This document shows positions 59,389 through 64,000 of a DNA stretch of 64,000 nucleotides, in pieces (the first letter of the stretch is position 1; every line of letters begins with the position of its first letter). The translations under genes and the position numbers were made by a program. The notes beneath the pieces were generated by a model, which saw only the letters and a program-made list of their open reading frames with translations, did not search any database and was not told the DNA's origin. The DNA comes from Penicillus capitatus (taxonomy: Eukaryota; Plantae; Chlorophyta), in the NCBI GenBank assembly GCA_965649825.1, contig OZ287701.1, positions 919,101 to 983,100 of the forward strand, read 5' to 3'.

Positions 59389-61042
59389 TCACCGTATGTG
59401 TCATTTCGTGGGTGTCGTTCGCTTTCGTTCTCCTACGACAAGAAAGCCTTCCCGTGGACTGCTGGACTCTCCTCGTATCTTCGCCAGTCTCCCAAGCGGA
59501 AATCAACCGTCTGGCCACAGTTGGAATCATGCCTCATTACGACGAAACTCCCAGCGAAGTGCGAAGCAATACACCTAGGCAATTCAATGCACGTGAACTG
59601 TTGGAACGTCTGCGCGTCTCGGTCGTCGTGTTTCTGGACCTCTTCCACGTCCTTCTGTTCTCTGTCGCCTTTGCTTTTGTCCTAATCTCCAAACAACCGC
59701 TGCCCCTGGTGCTGACATGATGCACATCTGTGCGTCTCCCGTCTCGCCCGAAGGCGAGAACGCACGACATCTGCTGTCTCGGTTTCCTGACGCGACAATA
59801 ACGTTCTCGTCTCCGACTTGGCAGACGACGGACAATAAACTTTTTTCACAAGGCGCAATAATCCGCCCGGTAGTATTGTTGCATCAGATACTTCGTGTTC
59901 AGTGTCCTGTGGTCTCGTCTCGATCGATGCACAAATATTCGTTCTCTTTCACTGATCATCTGGCAAGGGGATAGACGTCAAGGTCACACTTTTGTTTCCT
60001 GCGCTGATGTTAGATTGTCATCCATTTCTCACACATTTCCATATTAGATTGTCGGCTTTGTACTCTAGATGTCTCGATTCGGACAGACTTGTGACTTTTT
60101 TGATAGTCACTCGGAATCTCGTATTACCAAAACGAACGGGGGCGGAGAGATGGTGTGTGATAGGGGTACTGTAAGAAGGAACCGAATTTATCAACGGGGT
60201 CCTTCTGGGCAACACGATCGCGATAGTCCGCCGCCTGCGCCGCCGTTAGTGGTCCGCAGATAACGAGGGTCTGTCTCACTCAAAAGACAGAAACCGAATC
60301 TGTTGTTTTCTTCTTGAACGAGGAAAACGAAAAAGAGATCAACATCGAATCGAAGAATAACATCTCGACGAACAAACGAACGACTCCATCCATCCATCGA
60401 ACACGGAATCTGTCGGGGGTTTCATTGCCAGTGGGGGGCTGTGGGAATACTCTGTTCAACCTTATTTCTCACGCACTCGTTCACCACTGTTGCACTATTC
60501 TCCATTCTTTATGTCTTAGACGCGGATCCCGGAGGAACTCTTTCGGACATTCGCATCTTGTGAACGTTATCTGTGTTTCGGCAACTGGGCAGAACACAGG
60601 AGGTATCGTGTGAACTCTCGATGGTGTGTAAGAGAAATTGCTGCTCGTCCTTTGCAGGCCACACAGAAGTGCCTGTGGTTATCACTGGTGACATAGTTGC
60701 GCCGTTTGATACAGCGACGTGACGCTTTCGGAAGATGCCGCCTTTTCGACACGACATATCGTGTCACGAAAAGAGCAGGTATCGGAGTTTCCGTCTTAGG
60801 CGTTTCATCGCATCCGCTGCAGCCTCATCACGACAGTCGCTGTCTTAACGGCGGCCTTTGCGCAATCGCGCCGTCGAAACGCACAGACAGACAAGAGCAG
60901 ACCACAAGATGGAGGATCTTTTCGTCAAAGGACGTTGCGTTCACGGTCCTAACCGTCATCCGAGGGGAAGGAAATGGTCAGTGCCGCTTTGACAGGTCTG
61001 TACACATCCCAGTGGCCTCTCTCTTTGTCCTTTCGCTGCATT

Positions 61043-63287
61043 TCACCGAGCGTGATGCGTTTCAGCAACAACTGCAGAGCGAATCCATCGTGCATCAACG
61101 ACCCCACCGTCAACCAGACACTCTTCGGCACTAGATACCCACACGGTGCCAGTCGCCAAACACACATCGTGTTCATCTATGCCTTGCATCGCCTTCGTAC
61201 TCGGCGACGGCAGATTCAGTCTGGCTTCCACAGATCTCTCACCGAAGGTCACCGCAAACTATAGCAGTCGAAGTGACCTGACCCAATCGAGATGCGAGAG
61301 AGCCTGTCTTTTCGCACTTTGCCTTCCGATGGCAGCGGCGAGCAGTTGGAAGGAAAGGATTCGATGAGGTGACGTTTGCCTCGGTACACGTCTCCGTCCT
61401 TAGACTTGACATGGACGATCTCAAACGATCCTCCAGTATCTACTTCGGCAGCAACATCCATCACTCTTTCCCACACCTGCGTCACTCCTTAGAGGAGATC
61501 ATTGGAGTGCGAGTCGATGACGGAAGAGCCTTGGACTCGGCGGCGCCCTTCCATCCATAGCTTCTCTATCGTGGCATCGGAAGTAGTCGAGGTGCATGTG
61601 GGATTGTCACCCTCCAGCTGACACATATACTCCACGAGCTCAATCATGCTCTCCATCTGTCTTGTCGAACGGTTCTCGTTTATTCGGGTGAACGTCTCTT
61701 GGCTCTGCCGCTCGGCCAATCCCTTCCAATCCTTGTCCTTCAAGATCTCATGCCGCATTGCTGGAATCTATTGGCAAGGTCACACTTGGTCACACTGTTA
61801 ATGGTTGTACCTGCTCGAGGAGCAAAGCTCCGATGGGTTTCTCGGGTGTCGTTCCGTATCCGAGACAAATGACATCGATCGCTCGTTCGATGTCTTTCAG
61901 AACGGGAAGTTGATCAAAGAGCCTTTCGTTGAAGAGCTTCCTGATATTCAGGATCTTCTCTCTGCCGAAATCATCCATGTGATACACTTCGTGGCATTTT
62001 GGCTCAGTCAAGAGAAAATACAATGCCAGCCAAGTCTATGCACCCCGCCCAACAACAGAGATCATCATCTCACTCGATCTGCAGAGAACGGCCTACCTGT
62101 CCTTCTAGCTGACACAATCGAAAACGCTCATTGGCGGCGACGGTTGTCCATGCGTTGTCGACATACTTCTCGATCTGCAAAGAATACAACGTCGGCTGAC
62201 TGTCACATCATGGCGGCGAACTCCGGACTTTGTTTCCTGAGTATCGAACCCAGGGAGAAGAGTGGATCAAAGGAATGAGTGTCATGATCATGTCCAACGA
62301 TCGCAAGACACAGCCCATGACACACAGAGGCAGTCTAGGCAGCGTTTCCGCAATGTACCTATCCACAGCCGCTCTTCAAGAGAGAAGAGATCGTGGCTGG
62401 TGCTGACGCGAAGATCGTCATGGCGCATGCCGCTGTGCTGAAACGGATCTGATGGGACTTTTCAGCCATGTCCTCTTCGGGCTTCATTTCCAGCAGTTCT
62501 CGAACATCTGCAGCAGCAACAGTCACATCAATTATCTCACTCTATCGCAATGATGTGACCTCTTTGCTGCTTTTGTCGAATGGCTGAGACGTTGAGCCAC
62601 GTGAGATGCCGATGGCACCACATAACGATCTCCAACAACGCATCGTCTTCCAAGTCTTCAAGCGAAGACTTGTCAAAGAAGCAGATCTGATCACGATCGG
62701 CGTTGCTGTCTGCGCTCGGTCATCGATGATGCGTAACCTCGATGAGATTTGCGATGGTCACTTCGTGGTGCAGTACAAAATACCAGCTGAGTGCATTCTC
62801 TTCTCGACAGAAATGCGATTTCAGTCGAGGGAAGACGTTCTCACGCCACGCCTGAGCTTGCGACCGTCCGTCACATCACGAAGGTCGTTTTAGTGATTGG
62901 TCGCGGACCTCAATGACGAGCAGCTCATGCACAAGGGTGGCGATTTTCTCGTGGCTCGTCAGAAATTGGACGACGTACTCGTCAGACTGCGTCCTTGCGT
63001 TATGGTGGGCCTTAGAAGAACAGCACAGGTCATGAGACGTCGGGGATATGCGTCAGCGACGGACCTGCAGATTGAGCTTCTCGATCGCGTCCTTCTGCTC
63101 CATCCATCTGGCACTGCCGACCTGAACACGCAAACAGACCGCCACTCGATCACAAACAAACATACTCCCTTACCTCTTCGATACTTATACGCCGCAAGCC
63201 TTGAATCATCATTTCCGCAAGGGACGCCGTCAGTGGTGCCGAATCTTCATCTCTTGTGCGGCGTTCTTGGATAGGCAGTCTGTCCAT
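61043..63287 (-). CDS. ZMYND10: ZMYND10/BLU-like axonemal dynein assembly factor, multi-exon, lacking a recognisable MYND finger
   Basis: VGSARWMEQKDAIEKLNLQ|AHHNA...DEYVV, LVHELLVIE|AW, HHEVTIANLIE, LIHSSPW, LEGQ|TWLALY.LL, NE.LFDQLPVL and LLLEQ|VP, joined by short GT-AG introns. Confidence 0.88.
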
Positions 63288-63352
63288 CTGCTTCGACGTG
63301 CTGGATATCTGGCGGCAGAGTCGTCAAGGCGGTCGTTGAAACGCTGAGCGGA

Positions 63353-63933
63353 ATGTCAAAGGAGTATGATGGACTGACTCATCGGCGCGCACAGACATCG
63401 TCGTCAACGCGCATCGCTCGCGGGAGGTTTCGTCCATCGACAGGTGCTGATCTCAGTAATGTCCATTGGATCGCAGATAACGCAATTGGCCTCGCAAACG
63501 CAGCGCTGTCATCGATACCGAATCTCATGGAAGGGGATATCGTCGAGGAGGTGGTCTCATGGTTAAGCGTCGACAGACAACGCCATCTGGCACGCCGCAG
63601 GTGGAACGCGAGATTCAAGGCTATGAGGATTTCTTGAATCGCAAGAGAGATGCGCCATCGAAGGCGACATCGCCACGTCTCCCTCTTACAAAGCCTTCGA
63701 TTTCCGAAACCCATCTTCCGTCGCATCCGTCTTCGCATGGGAAGAAAACGGAGGACGTGATGTTACCCGACGACCGACTGGAGATCGCGCTCTCGACGTC
63801 AGACGAAGAGGAATTGAGTGCACTCTTCGATCAAGCGCTTACCATACCGTCGGGAGCATCTGCAAGAACCTCCAATTCACTCAACGGTGCGATTCGTGCA
63901 GCGCTACGAGAACGTTACGAGCGACGACGTTAG
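63353..63933 (+). CDS. Hypothetical protein, exons 63353-63550 and 63601-63933, divergent from ZMYND10
   Basis: A 50-nt phase-0 intron joins the two frames. The ATG is 65 nt from the ZMYND10 ATG. Confidence 0.6.
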
Positions 63934-64000
63934 ATGCGCCATCGGCTCGAACTGTGTCACTGGCGGAGGCTGCCGAGATTCCAGTTCCACAGCGGGACTG

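Noticed and set aside
59450-61000. Many short overlapping ORFs between the membrane-protein gene and ZMYND10
   Set aside because: No motifs and no phased splice chain found.

Overview
Gene-dense eukaryotic DNA, most likely a flagellated green alga (chlorophyte; lineage within it not determinable here). Evidence: tiny ~45-60 nt GT-AG introns, a UGUAA poly(A) signal, plastid-type genes and ciliary genes (CFAP77, ZMYND10). Two inverted, partly duplicated accessory arms (~11.5-24.3 kb on +, ~39.4-58.4 kb on -) flank a core of single-copy genes: a divergent CRY-DASH, a GH32 beta-fructofuranosidase, an AMMECR1-family gene, an acyl-lipid desaturase and several hypothetical genes. The accessory arms, together with the 5-10 kb flank, carry nine aldo-keto reductase (AKR13/IN2-2-like) paralogs: seven apparently intact, one frameshifted and one a decayed pseudogene. 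Each arm embeds one large NLR-like gene with an unknown ~500-aa helical N-terminal domain, a NACHT NTPase and a C-terminal array of 37-aa HEAT repeats. The + copy has ~31 repeats, many nearly identical in DNA; the - copy has ~12. This AKR/NACHT-HEAT cluster is the best candidate for an undescribed immune or non-self-recognition system. Two young retroelements are present. One is a ~5-kb LINE with intact ORFs, a TSD and a poly(A) tail, inserted just upstream of an AKR start. The other is an 813-bp TRIM with identical 132-bp LTRs, PBS, PPT and a 4-bp TSD, upstream of the second NLR-like gene. Other points of interest: a probable bicistronic ORF + CRY-DASH unit with a 3-nt spacer, a CRY-DASH with an altered lesion pocket, and a ZMYND10 with no recognisable MYND finger. 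All exon models and identities were read by eye, with no database searches.
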